Shown in pieces: positions 1 through 13,500 of a stretch of 64,000 bases of DNA. The position numbers and the translations under genes are program-made. The notes under the pieces were generated by a model, which was given only the letters and a program-made list of their open reading frames with translations, searched no databases and was not told where the DNA came from. The stretch lies in contig JBHGNT010000006.1 of assembly GCA_043228905.1 (NCBI GenBank), positions 3,286,001-3,350,000 on the forward strand. Reading direction: 5' to 3'. Numbering within the stretch: the first letter of the stretch is position 1; every line of letters begins with the position of its first letter. The stretch is from Azolla caroliniana (lineage: Eukaryota; Plantae; Polypodiophyta).

Positions 1-249
1 TCCTAAGCAAATCCATAAAAGCCATATATATATATATATATATAATTAAGATGATTAAAAGAATAATCAAAACAACTTATAAAACATTGTCCCCCTATAT
101 ATACAACAACAATTCGATCACACAATCAACCTATCATTAGAATTGATTATTGGATTTCTGCATACCTTGGATCATCATCATCATTGTTGTACAAGGCCAC
201 AAAAGAAAGAAAACAAATATTTTTGTCATGCTTTTTGTTTTTGCTCTTT

Positions 250-2958
250 TTACCTCCCTTGAGGATTCACAATGTGAGAGAAGAGAGCACTAGCTGAAGT
301 CTCAGTCGAATTCTCACTAAACAAAGCTGAATTGCTACTTTGACTCACGGCCTTTGCACCCATTCCCTCGTACTCGTCCTCAATGACCTTCCCTTCACTA
401 GCTATGTCCGTTTCATACTCAGGCGATGCCTCGTGTAACTGCAACGCATACTCCAAGTTCCACAACACATCACCCATACTCGGCCTATCCAACCCTGACT
501 CTGCTATACATTTCTCTGCCGTCTCGGCAAACTTCTTCAAAGATTCGCTGCCAACTCTACCCTTGAGATATGGATCCATGATTTGATCTAACATGCCTTT
601 CTTGTTATGAAACATCGCCCACTCCGCTAGGTTGACTTGGTCCCTCGGGAGGTTAGGGTTGATCGGTGGCCTTGCACACAGTACCTCTAACAAAACCACC
701 CCAAACGAATAAACATCGGACTTCTCCGTCAGTTGCTGCCGTCGGTAATACTCGGGATCCAGGTACCCAAAACTACCCTTCACAGCTGTGCTCACGTGGG
801 TTTGGTCGATCGTTATCCCCGTCTTCGAGAGCCCGAAATCCGAAACCTTTGCAACCATTTCCTCATCGAGCAAAATGTTGGTCGTCTTCACATCACGATG
901 GATGATACCTTGGGCTGCCCCAGTGTGTAGGTAATGAAGACCTCGGGCCGAACCAATGCAAATCTCGAGTCGCTGTTTCCATGAGAGAGCCGGGTTCGAC
1001 GAGCCATAGAGGTGGCTCCTCAAGGGGCCACCACCCATGTATTCATAGACGAGAATCATCTCAGAATGATCCTCACAAAAGCCGATAAGCGAGACTAAGT
1101 GACGATGGCGGATCTTGGAGAGGAGATCTATTTCAGTGTTGAATTCTGCCACACCTTGCTCCGAGGTGGGATTACTTCGTTTCACGGCAACGGTAATAAT
1201 ATTGGCTTTATCGGTAGTGGTGGTCATCGTGGTTCCGTTGTCAATCAAACCTTTGTAAACCTTACCGAAACCCCCCACTCCGATGACCCAAGACTCGTCG
1301 AAGTTGTTGGTCATTTGAAGGATCTCAGAGATTCCGAAATAACGACAATCATTGGAAGGGGCAGTCGATGCATAGCTTCCCACCCCGCTTTTTCGGGACG
1401 TGCCTGATGACATCTTGCTTTGAGTGCTCTTCGAGTGGGTGGGCAAGTGGAGCCACGAAGGAGATGGGTGGGATGTGTTGCTATTGATCTTCTGCGATCT
1501 TCTCCTCCTCACACATACGAAGACAAGGCCGATGGCTGCAAGAGCTGCAAGAGATCCAACTACTCCGGCTATTATAGAAACTTTCTTGCTAGAACTAGAT
1601 GAAGACGAAGAAGTGGCCGCTTCCGAATTAGCGAAAGATGCTACATACGGGGGAGGGAGAGGACCTTGAAGGGATCCAGTCGATGAGTTTACTTTAAATA
1701 CTTCGAGCCCATTGAGAATGGCATTGAAGTATTCGGGTGTGGTGGCGTTGGTGGGTTGGAGTTGGACTTCGATCAATGAAGTATTGGAGATGTAGTAGTC
1801 TTTCGCGGTCGCCACGAACGGACCTTTGGTCACATCTATGACATCGAACTGCTGATCGGCAGTCTTATTATTGACGAAGATATTGAAGACCCGCTGATTG
1901 GGAATGGAGTACAGGAGCTCACAGAAGTGAAGGCGGATGTAGTAGGAGAAGCCGGGGTCGACGGAGAGGTTCCACGAGAGGTAGGACGCGAGGTTTACCG
2001 GGTTGCTATTGGTCATGGTGCGGGCCGTGGTGTAGACGGCGGCGGGGGCGGTGAGATTGTCGAGAGTGGCGGGAGTGCCGGTGGCGACGGCGTAGGGTCC
2101 GAAGGTGATGTTGTGGTCCTGATTATCCGTGGTGCCCGTGGCCGCGCCGACCATGTAGATGATGTCAATGTCCCAGCGGCGCCCGAGCTGATCTTCGCTC
2201 TCTTTGATGGCTTGCCCGCCCACGTTGAGGCGGAACATGGTCTCGAAGGCATAGGATTGGATGGGTCTGGTGACCGGAATATCCACGACGAGGTCCTTGG
2301 TTAGATCCTGGAGGAGGTCGTCGGGGGCGGACTGGAGCTCGATGCCATTGATCATGGCGAAGGCTTTGGAGGAGGAGGTGCCGGCGGGGAGGAAGGTGAG
2401 CTTGAGGGTGGAGCGGGAGATGTTGAGGGAGTATTCCTTGAAGACGTAGGCGAGGCTCATGTCGGCGAGGAGATCGGAGAGGGAGAGGTTGGTGATGAGG
2501 TTGTAGGTGTCGGTCATGACGGAGAGGACGGCGTCGGAGGAGTTGCGGGGCTGGTTGTCGGAGGGGGTGAGGAGGGAAGGGTAGAAGAAGAGGCGTAGGA
2601 AGTGGCGGCCGGGGGCCGAGACGGGGATGGTGTAGGCGGCGGGGGCGCTGAAGATCCGAGCGTTCGTGAAGGGTGGGGAATTGGGGACGTTGGTGTTAGG
2701 GTTTGTGGGAGCCACCACATCGCTGGACGTCAGGAGGCTGAGGTACGCGTTGGCGTCGCCGCTGATGGTGTCGCTCATCCATACCCTGCCTTGATCGTCG
2801 CTGGAATTGCCGCCTCCGTTCGCCCCACAAGCCACCCGGATCAGCGTCGCCGCCGCCATGGACATGGACATGGAGGTGCAGATCAAGAGCAGCAGCAGCA
2901 GGAGGAGGAAATGCCAGGATCTGTGTTCCTGAGGAAGGAGCAGCACCACCGCCGCCAT
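250..2958 (-). CDS. CrRLK1L-family receptor-like kinase (malectin-like ectodomain, TM, Ser/Thr kinase; FERONIA/THESEUS1/HERK-like), intronless, 902 aa
   Basis: Single ORF. Leu-rich signal peptide; malectin-like motifs (ARIF, RHFLRLFFYP, ETMFRLNVGG, YYIRLHFCEL, NAILNGLEVFK); TM IIAGVVGSLAALAAIGLVFVCV followed by RRRR; kinase GVGGFGKVYKG, VAVKR, IIHRDVKTTNILLD, DFGLSK, HVSTAVKGSFGYLDPEY; C-terminus SALFSHIVNPQGR typical of the subfamily. The exact ortholog cannot be assigned by eye. Confidence 0.96.
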   Translation of the reverse strand: MAAVVLLLPQEHRSWHFLLLLLLLLICTSMSMSMAAATLIRVACGANGGGNSSDDQGRVWMSDTISGDANAYLSLLTSSDVVAPTNPNTNVPNSPPFTNARIFSAPAAYTIPVSAPGRHFLRLFFYPSLLTPSDNQPRNSSDAVLSVMTDTYNLITNLSLSDLLADMSLAYVFKEYSLNISRSTLKLTFLPAGTSSSKAFAMINGIELQSAPDDLLQDLTKDLVVDIPVTRPIQSYAFETMFRLNVGGQAIKESEDQLGRRWDIDIIYMVGAATGTTDNQDHNITFGPYAVATGTPATLDNLTAPAAVYTTARTMTNSNPVNLASYLSWNLSVDPGFSYYIRLHFCELLYSIPNQRVFNIFVNNKTADQQFDVIDVTKGPFVATAKDYYISNTSLIEVQLQPTNATTPEYFNAILNGLEVFKVNSSTGSLQGPLPPPYVASFANSEAATSSSSSSSSKKVSIIAGVVGSLAALAAIGLVFVCVRRRRSQKINSNTSHPSPSWLHLPTHSKSTQSKMSSGTSRKSGVGSYASTAPSNDCRYFGISEILQMTNNFDESWVIGVGGFGKVYKGLIDNGTTMTTTTDKANIITVAVKRSNPTSEQGVAEFNTEIDLLSKIRHRHLVSLIGFCEDHSEMILVYEYMGGGPLRSHLYGSSNPALSWKQRLEICIGSARGLHYLHTGAAQGIIHRDVKTTNILLDEEMVAKVSDFGLSKTGITIDQTHVSTAVKGSFGYLDPEYYRRQQLTEKSDVYSFGVVLLEVLCARPPINPNLPRDQVNLAEWAMFHNKKGMLDQIMDPYLKGRVGSESLKKFAETAEKCIAESGLDRPSMGDVLWNLEYALQLHEASPEYETDIASEGKVIEDEYEGMGAKAVSQSSNSALFSENSTETSASALFSHIVNPQGR

Positions 2959-3074
2959 TCTCTTCGCTCCCTCTGTCTCTCTTCTTTCTTCTGTCTCCTT
3001 TCTTCTTCTTCTTCTTCTTCGTTTTTAAGTCAGTGCTGCTGCTTGGGCTGTGACTGTCCAGCCACTGTGATTGA

Positions 3075-3077
<3 letters not shown>

Positions 3078-3121
<44 letters not shown>

Positions 3122-3200
3122 TCTGTGTCAATCTCTGTGTGTCGGCATGAGAGGAAGGATGGGGGGTGTGGTTCACAAGGTTTCAGCCATGGCGATTCTC

Positions 3201-3233
<33 letters not shown>

Positions 3234-3342
3234 GATAGAGGAGGCGCAAACAGAGAGCTACTCTTGCTTCTCTTTTCTTCTTCTTCTTCTTCTTCTTCTT
3301 CTTCTTCTAGATAAACTGCGTGCGTTAGAGAGAGAGAGAGAG
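3078..3342. repeat. Microsatellite cluster (CT)n, (CAGA)n, (CTT)n, (AG)n upstream of the CrRLK1L start
   Basis: Visible runs at ~3078-3119 (CT), ~3204-3232 (CAGA), ~3276-3308 (CTT), ~3327-3342 (AG). Confidence 0.9.
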
Positions 3343-3359
3343 AGTGACGATGCGAAACG

Positions 3360-3810
3360 AAGAGAGAGGAAATTCGAGAGAAGAAATATATATGTATGGT
3401 TTTCAATGCCGCGAAAAGTAACTATTTACATGTTATTTAGGTTCTTTTTTATTATTAATGAGCGTCGACAAAAAAAAAAGGAAGAGAGAGGAAATTCGAG
3501 AGCAGAAATATACGCGTTAAATGCCGCTAAAAGTAACTATTCACATGTTATTTAGGTTTTTGTTTTGTTTATTAATGAGCGTCGACAAAAAGGTAGAGAG
3601 AGGAAATTCGAGAGAAGAAATATATGCTTTAAATGCCGCTAAAAGTAACTATTTACATGTTATTTAGGTTTCTTTTTTTATGATCCTCGAGAAAAAAAGG
3701 AAGAGAGAAAGAAATATGGTTTAAAAGCCGCTAAAACTAACTATTTACATTATATTTAGGTTTTTTTTTATTCATGATCGTCGAGAAAAAGGAAGAAAGA
3801 GGAAATTCGT
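3360..3810. repeat. Degenerate tandem repeat, ~100-120 bp unit, about 4 copies
   Basis: Unit GAGAGAGGAAATTCGAGAG...ATGCCGCTAAAAGTAACTATTTACATGTTATTTAGGTT...ATGAGCGTCGACAAAAA recurs at ~3363, ~3484, ~3596 and ~3701, with a partial copy at ~3797. Confidence 0.85.
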
Positions 3811-3901
3811 CCCCGACATTTATTTGACGCATTCGTTGCCTCTCTCTCTCTCTCTTTCATTTATTGCTATATAATGGGATTCACTTTTTATTTAGTTTCT
3901 T

Positions 3902-3932
<31 letters not shown>

Positions 3933-4888
3933 TTGAATAGGTAGGAGAGAGGAAATTGGAAATACTGAAGAAACTCGGTTTGGAGGGGAGGAATTGTTCG
4001 TCGACAGCATTTTGTACGATCCCTTTTTCTTCTCCGCTCAATTTGTTTTTGGCAGGTTTTATTTTCTTTTTTATTTGTTTTTTTGTTTGGGGTTTTGGGC
4101 GAAATCTGGGCGAAGATGAAAGAGCTCTGTACGAGCAAATTAAGGGATTGTATTCAGAGAGAGAGAGAGAGAAGAAGAAGAAATTGGCAGAGGATAGAGA
4201 GAGGAAATTAAGGGACCGGATAAGTAAGAGAGAGGAAATTAAGGGCTGTATAAAGCGAGTGAGTGTGTGTGATTTCAGGTGGCCATAAAGGGAAGAAGGG
4301 AAAGATAAATGCAATGGAATGGAACTGCACTTTTATGTGTATATTTTTTGCTAGAAGCCCTTTCTGGTATCCAAATAGACCTCGATTCATACATACATAT
4401 ATAATCCTTCCTATACCAAAAGAAAGGATCGAGGCCGAGGTTTCTTCATCAAGGCCGAAATAGAACTCGATTCCCACACATGATCGATCGATTGTTTTTT
4501 TATCATATGATATATATATAATCCTCTCGCATCACTCGTGCAAAAATTCTTTATCAAAAGCCACCATTTCCCGGATGAATCATGCCGGAGAACAAGGCCC
4601 AACCATCCTATTGCCGACGTACCAATGAAGACCCCTCACGAGTCACGACTCCCCTGCCAAGTATGTGAGCGGACAACCCATCTATCTATGTATCTATCTC
4701 TATTCATTCTAAGAGAGGACCTACGAAAGACCCAACCCACACAACATCCCACGCAAGTGCAATCAGTGAGATAGATTTTTCTTTTTATTATCTAATTCGA
4801 AGCCAAGAGAACAAAATGGGTACCAACATAGAAAAAGGAATGCCTTTTTCTTTCACATTCCTTGTTTTTTTTTGTTCAATAATTGAAT

Positions 4889-4935
<47 letters not shown>

Positions 4936-7900
4936 AGGATTGCACATGTTGCTCGGAGCTCCTCCTCCCCATCATCATTAAAGAGGTTTGTTGGGTAGGT
5001 TTCCAAACCATGATTATTGCTTGCCTATTCTTTTGGCTTTATTTGGAATAAAGATCAAGTGAAGCAAGTCCACATTGCGACTACTTGGTGGGTTATTTGC
5101 TTCAATTTTTCCGAAGTAGAAGAGAATGAATGCCCTACATTCCACACTCCACTATCCAACCTTATATATTCTTTCTTCGACCTTTTTACGCACTCTCTCC
5201 CCTCCCCTTTCACATCAATATCAATGCAACAAGAAACCAAACCTTGTCTACCCACTCGGTTTTCTTGCGGGTTGTCTAGCTTGCAAGAATGATCGAGACT
5301 CGAAACTATACAAAATACATCATAAGCAAAGTTGTACTAGCAAAAGCCAGCCTGCTATACACATGGAGGGTTGATGATGTTGTGAGTGACCAAGCATTAA
5401 GTATTTTTTATGATGTTGACGGACAGACATTCTCATGTATTCCTATAACTCCATATTTCTATCTTGTAATACTAAAAAGGATTAGTTTTTAGAAGTATCG
5501 TGGGAAGGTTAGCAATCCAACAACGTGGTTCACAAATCCAAAATCAATCTAGAAAGGTTATGAAAAACTAATAGACCCATCAAGGGTAATTAGGGGCAAT
5601 GAAAATGTCCCAAGCCAATGTTTGAACTCTAGGTGCCATAGTTACCCACCACACCACACTCCCATGAAAATCTTAGAGCGACCTTTGACAAGTGGAGGTG
5701 CCCCTTGTCCCAATTTAGTGCTTATGGGTATTGTGACAAAACCATCAAAAAATCTAGCCCTTGCATCATTTCTTCTCATCGTGATCAACTATAATAGCTG
5801 ACCATGGGTTTGTGTGCGTTTTAGGTGTTTTTTAAATGAACCCAAGAACTTAGTCTATGAAAGGATACCTTTGAAAGTGGATTATGCAATTGATATATGA
5901 AATATAATTGTAGCATTTCTCATAAAAATGGACATTTTCCAATGTTAATGCTATCCTCCCTTGTCATAGAGAATTCCTGACACCCAAAAAACGAGACTAA
6001 TACCACGTAGGCCATAGTAGATGGTAGTGTCACATGTATGGAGACCATCTTACTAATCAGGCTATAGATATATGGTTGTACCAATGGTGTGGGGAGTACA
6101 CAAGTTTATTACTTTGATACACTCATATGGTATGCCATTTAGGAGAGGTGATAAATGGTATATTCAAGAGGTTCAAAAGAATTGAGCTTTGAACCAATGA
6201 CCTTAAATTCAAAAAATGTTTCAATAGAAAAGGAGAGAATCCATGTCCATGAAGTAGTAAAGAAGCATGAGGTGATATACGTGTGTTATTGTCAAATTGT
6301 CCTTGTAAGATTTAAGATGGCCATGTATGTGCGTGCTTGTCTCATGACATTTATGTTTTGGGCAAAATGGCGTTTACTAGAAGAGGAGATGCTTCAATTT
6401 CTTAAAACTATTCTCAGCCATCATGGACATCCTCATGTAATTAAGTGGTTTGGCTTTCTTTACGAATTACGCATGTTTTTACAACATTGCATTAGGTGTA
6501 GAAACATGTTTATCTCTCCTCATGTCATGTATTAGATTATCGATAACTCTATTTAAATAAGTATACATAAATGCAATGAAAATTTTATATTAGATTATAA
6601 GTCATTGCTTATACAAAGTGGGTGATAGCGGACTAGATTATATATATATATATATATTATATACACAATGGGCAAACACTTTAGAATTGACTTTACTTTC
6701 TCAAACATTTCTAGCTCTCGTCTAACGAAGACTCATTCCCCCTTTACATTCAAGCACCTACTACATCCACATCCACCAATATGAATATATAAGCTGGTAG
6801 GCACTCGACAAACATCGTAATATTTTATTTGCATATGCACCTTACATTTCAACATACCACTGATGACATGATGGCCTACAAACAGTGAAAATGTTTATAT
6901 ATACTCCAAAACTTACATATTTCAAATAAGACACACTAAGTTGCATACAAGATAATACATCCCAACATGTAGACCCGTGAATACCAACCTTAGCCATGGA
7001 AATCATTGAATTTACCATTTCATTATCTTAATAAGCTGGAAAATTCTCGCACACCCTTTGATACATGTACATCACAAGCAATGTTTATACTTGTTACTTG
7101 TAAATTAAGAAGATTCCAAAATAAGATGAATGGAAAGTGATTCTTTGATCGATCTATGAATGCTTACTATTTCTCAAACACAGTTTTGCATGACTTGACT
7201 AACCAATGCACGAAAAATAAGTTTGTGGTAATGTTGTATATGCATACTATTTGAACCACCATTGCACTTTTGAATCTGACATTGTCATTATTGTACGATC
7301 ATTTATATTAATGAAGTATTAAAAAATCATGAAGACTACTACTACGAAACCAAAAGAATTCTAATGCTTGTTTTCTATCACAAACAAAGATACATAACAT
7401 GCACTTTTTAGCAATGTTATTAGAATACAACATACATCATCGATCTACGGAAGGGCATGGTCAATGATACACACAAGATGAAAGAACAACAGTCAAGTTC
7501 CATTTGGACATGTGTTTGGATGTATATAATATATACATTTATCGTTTTAAGGCATGTATTAATTTGGTTAGTAAGAGTCCAAAGAACACCTCAATGAACC
7601 CGTCTTCAGTGAAGTGTTACACGAAGATCCCACTTGTCCATCATGTTCTAACATTGGTGGATAGTGGATTATAAAACGAGTCGAAGGAATGCCAAGTTGC
7701 TTTTTATGTGAATAAGCCAACTCATGTTTTGACTAAGCCAACAAAAGTTTTGAGGGGACAATCCTCATAAGGATTTGAGGAGTGTATTTCTTTTCGGGAA
7801 ATGAAATTCAAACTATTTTCGCCTGTCGTGTTCCTATGTGCACATCAACATTTAATTGACTTTATCAACCTTGAGAATACTTTAAAAAGTTTCATATGTT

Positions 7901-9187
7901 ATAACTAATGGAAGGAGTTTTTTGGGGGGGAAAAGAAAGAAAGAAAAGTTGCATATGAATTCAAGCATTATAGATACCCTTGTACCTATCTTATATGCTT
8001 GCAAATAGACTAAGAATCAATCGAGATTTCTCCTACACTATGAAAATGGTATTCAGCAACCATGGTAAGATCATTATAATATCTGCCATCCCAATCCCAA
8101 TTTGTTCTTATACTTGCTCTTGCCCCCACCCCCCTTAACAACCAATCAAAAGTAAGGAACCATGTTTTCCCCCCATCACTAGTCCCACAATTTGTATAAA
8201 ACGAAAGAAAATTTCTAATTTTCTCTTTGGTTTGTAATTTCTATAGAAGTTCCTTTGTTTTATGGTTATTTTATGACAATTATCATTGTAGTTAAAGAGA
8301 ATTCGAATAATACAAATGAAATCAAATGGTCATCTAACATTGAAATAATTGATACGGTCAAAACTCAATAAAGTTATTCACCCCAATATAATCAATTCTA
8401 TTATTTATAAAGTCATTCTCTCAAACAATTATATGAGGCTATTAGAACTACAATGGATAAACTTGATGTTAAATCTCCATTGGGGGAGGGGGGGAAAGCA
8501 ACTCCTAGTGTTCGTTCTTGAAAATCACTAACAAAAAAAACATTTTTTTTGAATGGGAAGAGTTTTTTATGATCTAAGCTTGCTATTGATGAGCTTGTCA
8601 AATGAATAAATATAGCATAATGACTATCCCTATAAAAAAACAAGGTGTTGCTATGTCAATGAGATGAGCTCCATTTGTTATATGCTATTGTTTCAAGAAG
8701 TCTAGTTTGAATACTTTTGGGAACAATAACAAGGATAGAAAGAATGATTCACAATGTGAGCCTCGTATGTAGGACACATTCCATTTCTCACTTGGGAGAT
8801 CAGTATGAATATTCCAAATCACCAAGCACATTTTACACTTTTTAGAAAGGAGGCATTTTTGTGTCTATGGACACTCATTAGAGTGGGTTTTATAACTGAG
8901 GTACTATGGTCACAAACATGATTATAATCATGAACGTGGCATTCCAATTAATTAAGTTAGAATAGCCATCATGCTTTCTTCTTGTGAACATTTAGAGTCA
9001 GAAACAATATATGTGCAAGTGCACAACTTACAAGCACATAGTTGAGAAGTAGGCTACACTCATCATTGTATATACAGCCACATTCAAGCTAAGACAACAA
9101 ACACAAAGATACAAGGAACTTGGACCTTACCAATATAGCCATGCTAGATCTATCCATAATGAATGTACTTCAACATTCACTTGGCCC

Positions 9188-9356
9188 ATTTTACCAATCA
9201 ACATAAAATATCATGTCCCCACACCATCACCCATTCCACACTTCTTGCTTGTAACACCATCTCAAAAATCATTTTTACCAATCAACATAAAATATCATGT
9301 CCCCACACCATCACCCATTCCACACTTCTTGCTTGTAACACCATCTCAAAAATCAT
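9188..9356. repeat. Near-perfect ~84-bp tandem duplication
   Basis: TTTTACCAATCAACATAAAATATCATGTCCCCACACC...CCATCTCAAAAATCATT occurs twice head-to-tail; also visible as a repeated peptide in ORF 9163..9408. Confidence 0.9.
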
Positions 9357-10527
9357 TACCAAATCTAAAGCCACATCATGCATTAAAATCGTTATCAGTA
9401 TGACATAGATGTCAATAAGGTCGTTCTTGGCTCCATCCCCCACCCATGTGGCACGCATGGTGGGACCCTCTCTTTTCCTCTCCCCCATCTCCCTCTACCT
9501 TTGTGATTCAACATATCTATTCACACTCTTGTAGTGATGAAAGATTGCATTTGATCTCATGAAAACTCATATATAAAACACTCACATATTTATACATTTG
9601 TAGACTTCAGTCAGGATAATCATTAACAATTGCTTGGAGATTTCCAATATTTACATGAACATAACTTGGCACTATTGCAAAGACAGCATTCCATCGTTAT
9701 GAATTGAGATGTATAAAAACAAATTACATGAATTTTGTTTAGGTCATGTGTGATCACAAGCTAATCAATGAATGAAAAATATTAAAAATTTGTCATTCTG
9801 TTTCTTTGAAACCCACACAAAAGTGCTAAAAGCTATTGTGACCCAATTCTTTGTTTTGCAAATCATAACCTAGGCCAGTTTGTTTGTTTAGATCAAAAAA
9901 GAGAAAATCCTACAAATGAATGCTTAAAGCGCCTTATTTGACATGAATGAGCCCTGATTTAAAGCTTTGTATTTCCTAGATATCTACAGCCAAGCTAACA
10001 ACCATACTTCAAATCTAATCTTCCATGTGAAAAGCTGCCAACAGATAAATCAATGAAGTACTTGCCAAAAATAACATGTAAAGAGTTCTACCAAATTCAA
10101 ATTTATTGAAAGATTAGACCAAAAATCCATAAGAGAACATCAAATAGATTGGCCTTTCTAATTCCCACATGAAATTTATACTGATCTCATTTTGATAACT
10201 TCATTCAGAAATATTTCTTCTTTGATTTGTCGTATGTATTCCCTTCCCACAAGAAATCTGGAGATACATAAAATTTCCCAACATATTTTCTCATACTTTC
10301 CCATTATATTTCATGCATAAAAAAGTAAACTTGATTTGTTGTATGTATTTTCTCGTACATATGACTGTAGAGAAGTACAAAAGGAGCATTATTGGGTTAT
10401 ATTAAATTTCTTGTCTGATAAAAGCAATCATCCTACTGCTTTTCCAAAAACATTTTCTATCACCTATCGATAGCATCAGAAAATAATGTGCTAAACCATA
10501 TGGTTACCTTCGCATTTTCTTTTTTCT

Positions 10528-13500
10528 CTATTTCACATTCAGTCTTCCTCCATGCAAAGCAGAAAGTAGAGATGCTCCCACACCTTTCTTCCTCTTCAGC
10601 TGTGAAGAGATAATAATATTAGTAATAAAAGATACCAGATTTAGTAAATAATGAGGGTAAAAAATGAAAAGTTCTATTATTTTGTAAGCCCTGTTACAAC
10701 ATTTAGTTTGTTTGAATCACCTGCTCTGCATTGAATAGATCTTCCGCAAGTGCTTCTGTTCGTCGGCGCTGCTTCTCTTGTTGCATGTGCTCTTGAACCT
10801 CCTTGTTATATTCAGACTCTCTACCCATAAAAACCATAGCTTTTTACCAATAGATTAACAATCAATTGTATCTTTTTTCAAACTAGAGTTGAAACTTGAT
10901 AAGAATGTTTTGCTTTTACTAAAAGTTATAACTTCACTAGAACAAAATCTTCATCTTTTTGTCTTAGAAGCTCCTATTATTTTCTTGAGTATATGTACAG
11001 ACACTTATTGCTTCGAGTATTACATCTAGAAACAAAGAATTCCGTTCACTTGCAAAAAGACATTCTCGTCAACAATTAGTAACTTCTCTCTGTTATTTCA
11101 ACTGGTATAAAAAGTACCTATAAGGATCTTTTCCAAATGGCACCAACGTGGTAAAGCTATTCCCGGATGTGTGATGTTTCTGCAAGAAAAGAGACGGCTT
11201 ATTTAATACAAACATACATCACAAATTAGCTTTGGCTCTTCACCATGAAATAATTCTCATTAAATTTGCAACCACCAGAACCTTTCTGAATTTCTTGAAA
11301 TTTATTAGTGATAAATCTGGAACAGAGGCACCCATTGACTCCATATATCCCCGAACAATTAGATCTTTATCATACTCTATATCTGCCTTTGAATCACCCA
11401 CATCTTCCAACTTAATGTCTGAACAGTTAGAAACCAAAATAGAAGATTTCTGAACTTCTTTAAACTTTTCCAGAGACACAGGAAGTGGCTTAATAGACAA
11501 TGCTGCCCCATTATTGTGCTTCACAGCATATCTTGCAATGTTGTTGCATGAAGTAAGATCGTTCTGAATTATCCCTGACATCTTTGCTTGTGGAGGACTT
11601 ACATTAACGTTCCCAATGCCTTTGTTTGATACCAAAGATGATCTGAGATTTTCAACTGTATTGGGTGTAACGCCTTTGGATGTGAAGGATATCTACATTG
11701 AAGTTCTATGTCAATATCCCAACTTTAAATAACAAATAACAAATTAACAAATACCAAAAATAGATATCAAAGAATCAAATCAGCCATGACAATACCAGCC
11801 CAGTTGTTTGAATAGATGAGTTAACCTCATCGTCATGGTCATCTGATGGAGAAGCTTCCAATGTTTCATCAGATGATGCAGAAACCAAAGAATCTGAAAA
11901 TGCCAGCTTGTGGGTAAATCATTTTTGCTCTTTTGGATCAACATCATTAGCACCATCATACAAAATCTGTCACTACAACCTTACTTGCTGCCACTTCATA
12001 ATATTCTTCCTTGAAGTTTCCAGACAACACTGCTGCAATGAAGTTTTCTTCACTTGTCCTCTTTATATGAGATATGGATCTCAATTCCTCTTGGTTCATC
12101 CATCTCTGAAGCTGTGGCTCCATAGCTGGAAGAATAAGCAATTGGTTGGCCTCATGTTGACTAGTTTGTGAGACCTGGGGTTACAGTATACGCACCAAAT
12201 AATATACCCGTTTCTTTCTTTACATGATTCATATGTATGAGAATTAACATCTCCCTAACCTTTTGATTGAATTTCTGTAAGAACCTTTTTTATTTGAAAG
12301 TATAGTCTTGAGTATTATAATTTCAAATGGTATTATGCATATACAACATTGAAAGGTGTTCAAGTGTTCATTGAGAAGGATAACTAGAATATGGATGCCT
12401 AGACTTGTTTGGAGAAAGCGGCTGCATATGCAAACATGAGTGAAGTATCGTGCCATCTAGAAAACTTATTAATCAGCTATGGGATATAGAGTGACTTAAA
12501 ATGTTTTAAATTTAAGCACAAGTGGTGTGCTTTCTCATTCCATCGTGTAATTTCTTATCAAATAGGAAAATTTCTTACCCTAGATCTTGACACACTGGTG
12601 ACGGATGTGTATGTTCCCCCAGAAACATCAATAAGGAGTTTTAGGACATCCTTGCAATTATACTACAAGTAAACAAAGGTTAGCATTTTCTATTACAGAT
12701 AATGTAAGAATGGAAATAATAACAAAATAAGACCAAGTGTCTTGTGCCTTTGAGATATGATGAGCACTGATTACCAGATACATGGATCCAACATATAATG
12801 TAAACCCTTTGAAAACTAGTCCACGAGCATCTGTTTCGATTATCTTCAAGGACTTGGCATCTCCATCAATTTTCCACAATAAATTTGGAGTAAACCTGCA
12901 AATATTTATACAAACAAGGGGCATGGTCTTAAATCACGGGCTATTACTTTTAAACCAGTTATTCATAAGCTATGTACCTATTAAGCATGGGTGTGCTTGT
13001 TTATACTAGTAAATTCAATAACCTACCCTGTGTAATCGGGAAATTCAGATACAGTGTTTCTTGCAGCAATGGCCTAGTCAAACAAAGACAACAAATGCAC
13101 GATAGAAATTGAGGCAACAGTATTGACATTCTAAGGCCATCAATTAACACGAGAACATTGACATTCTCAAGATTAGTACCTCAATCCAGGCAGTTCCAAC
13201 TACTGGTTTCTTTTCTGCCACCGCTTGTATGACAACATCAGTGACAGATGCACCATCTTCAACGATCAAATGTGTACAGTCTGCACACCATTTGTCAAGT
13301 ATACAACCACCTGCACATTCCTAAGTTTTATTTTGCTGAGCATGATACAACAGATTGAATTCAAATACACAACCACTTAGAAAAAACAAACAAACATAAG
13401 AAGTGTATTTATTGTAATCTTTCATATCAGCAAGGAGCATTATCTGTCAAGGGACAATTGCTAAGAAAGACTTTCTCGAAGAGCAGTTCAAAATGTATAC

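Noticed and set aside
383-3150. Several long ORFs overlapping the CrRLK1L gene, mostly antisense (e.g. 1927..2304 +, 2602..3150 +)
   Set aside because: Shadow ORFs caused by GC-rich codon usage; low complexity and no recognisable domain.
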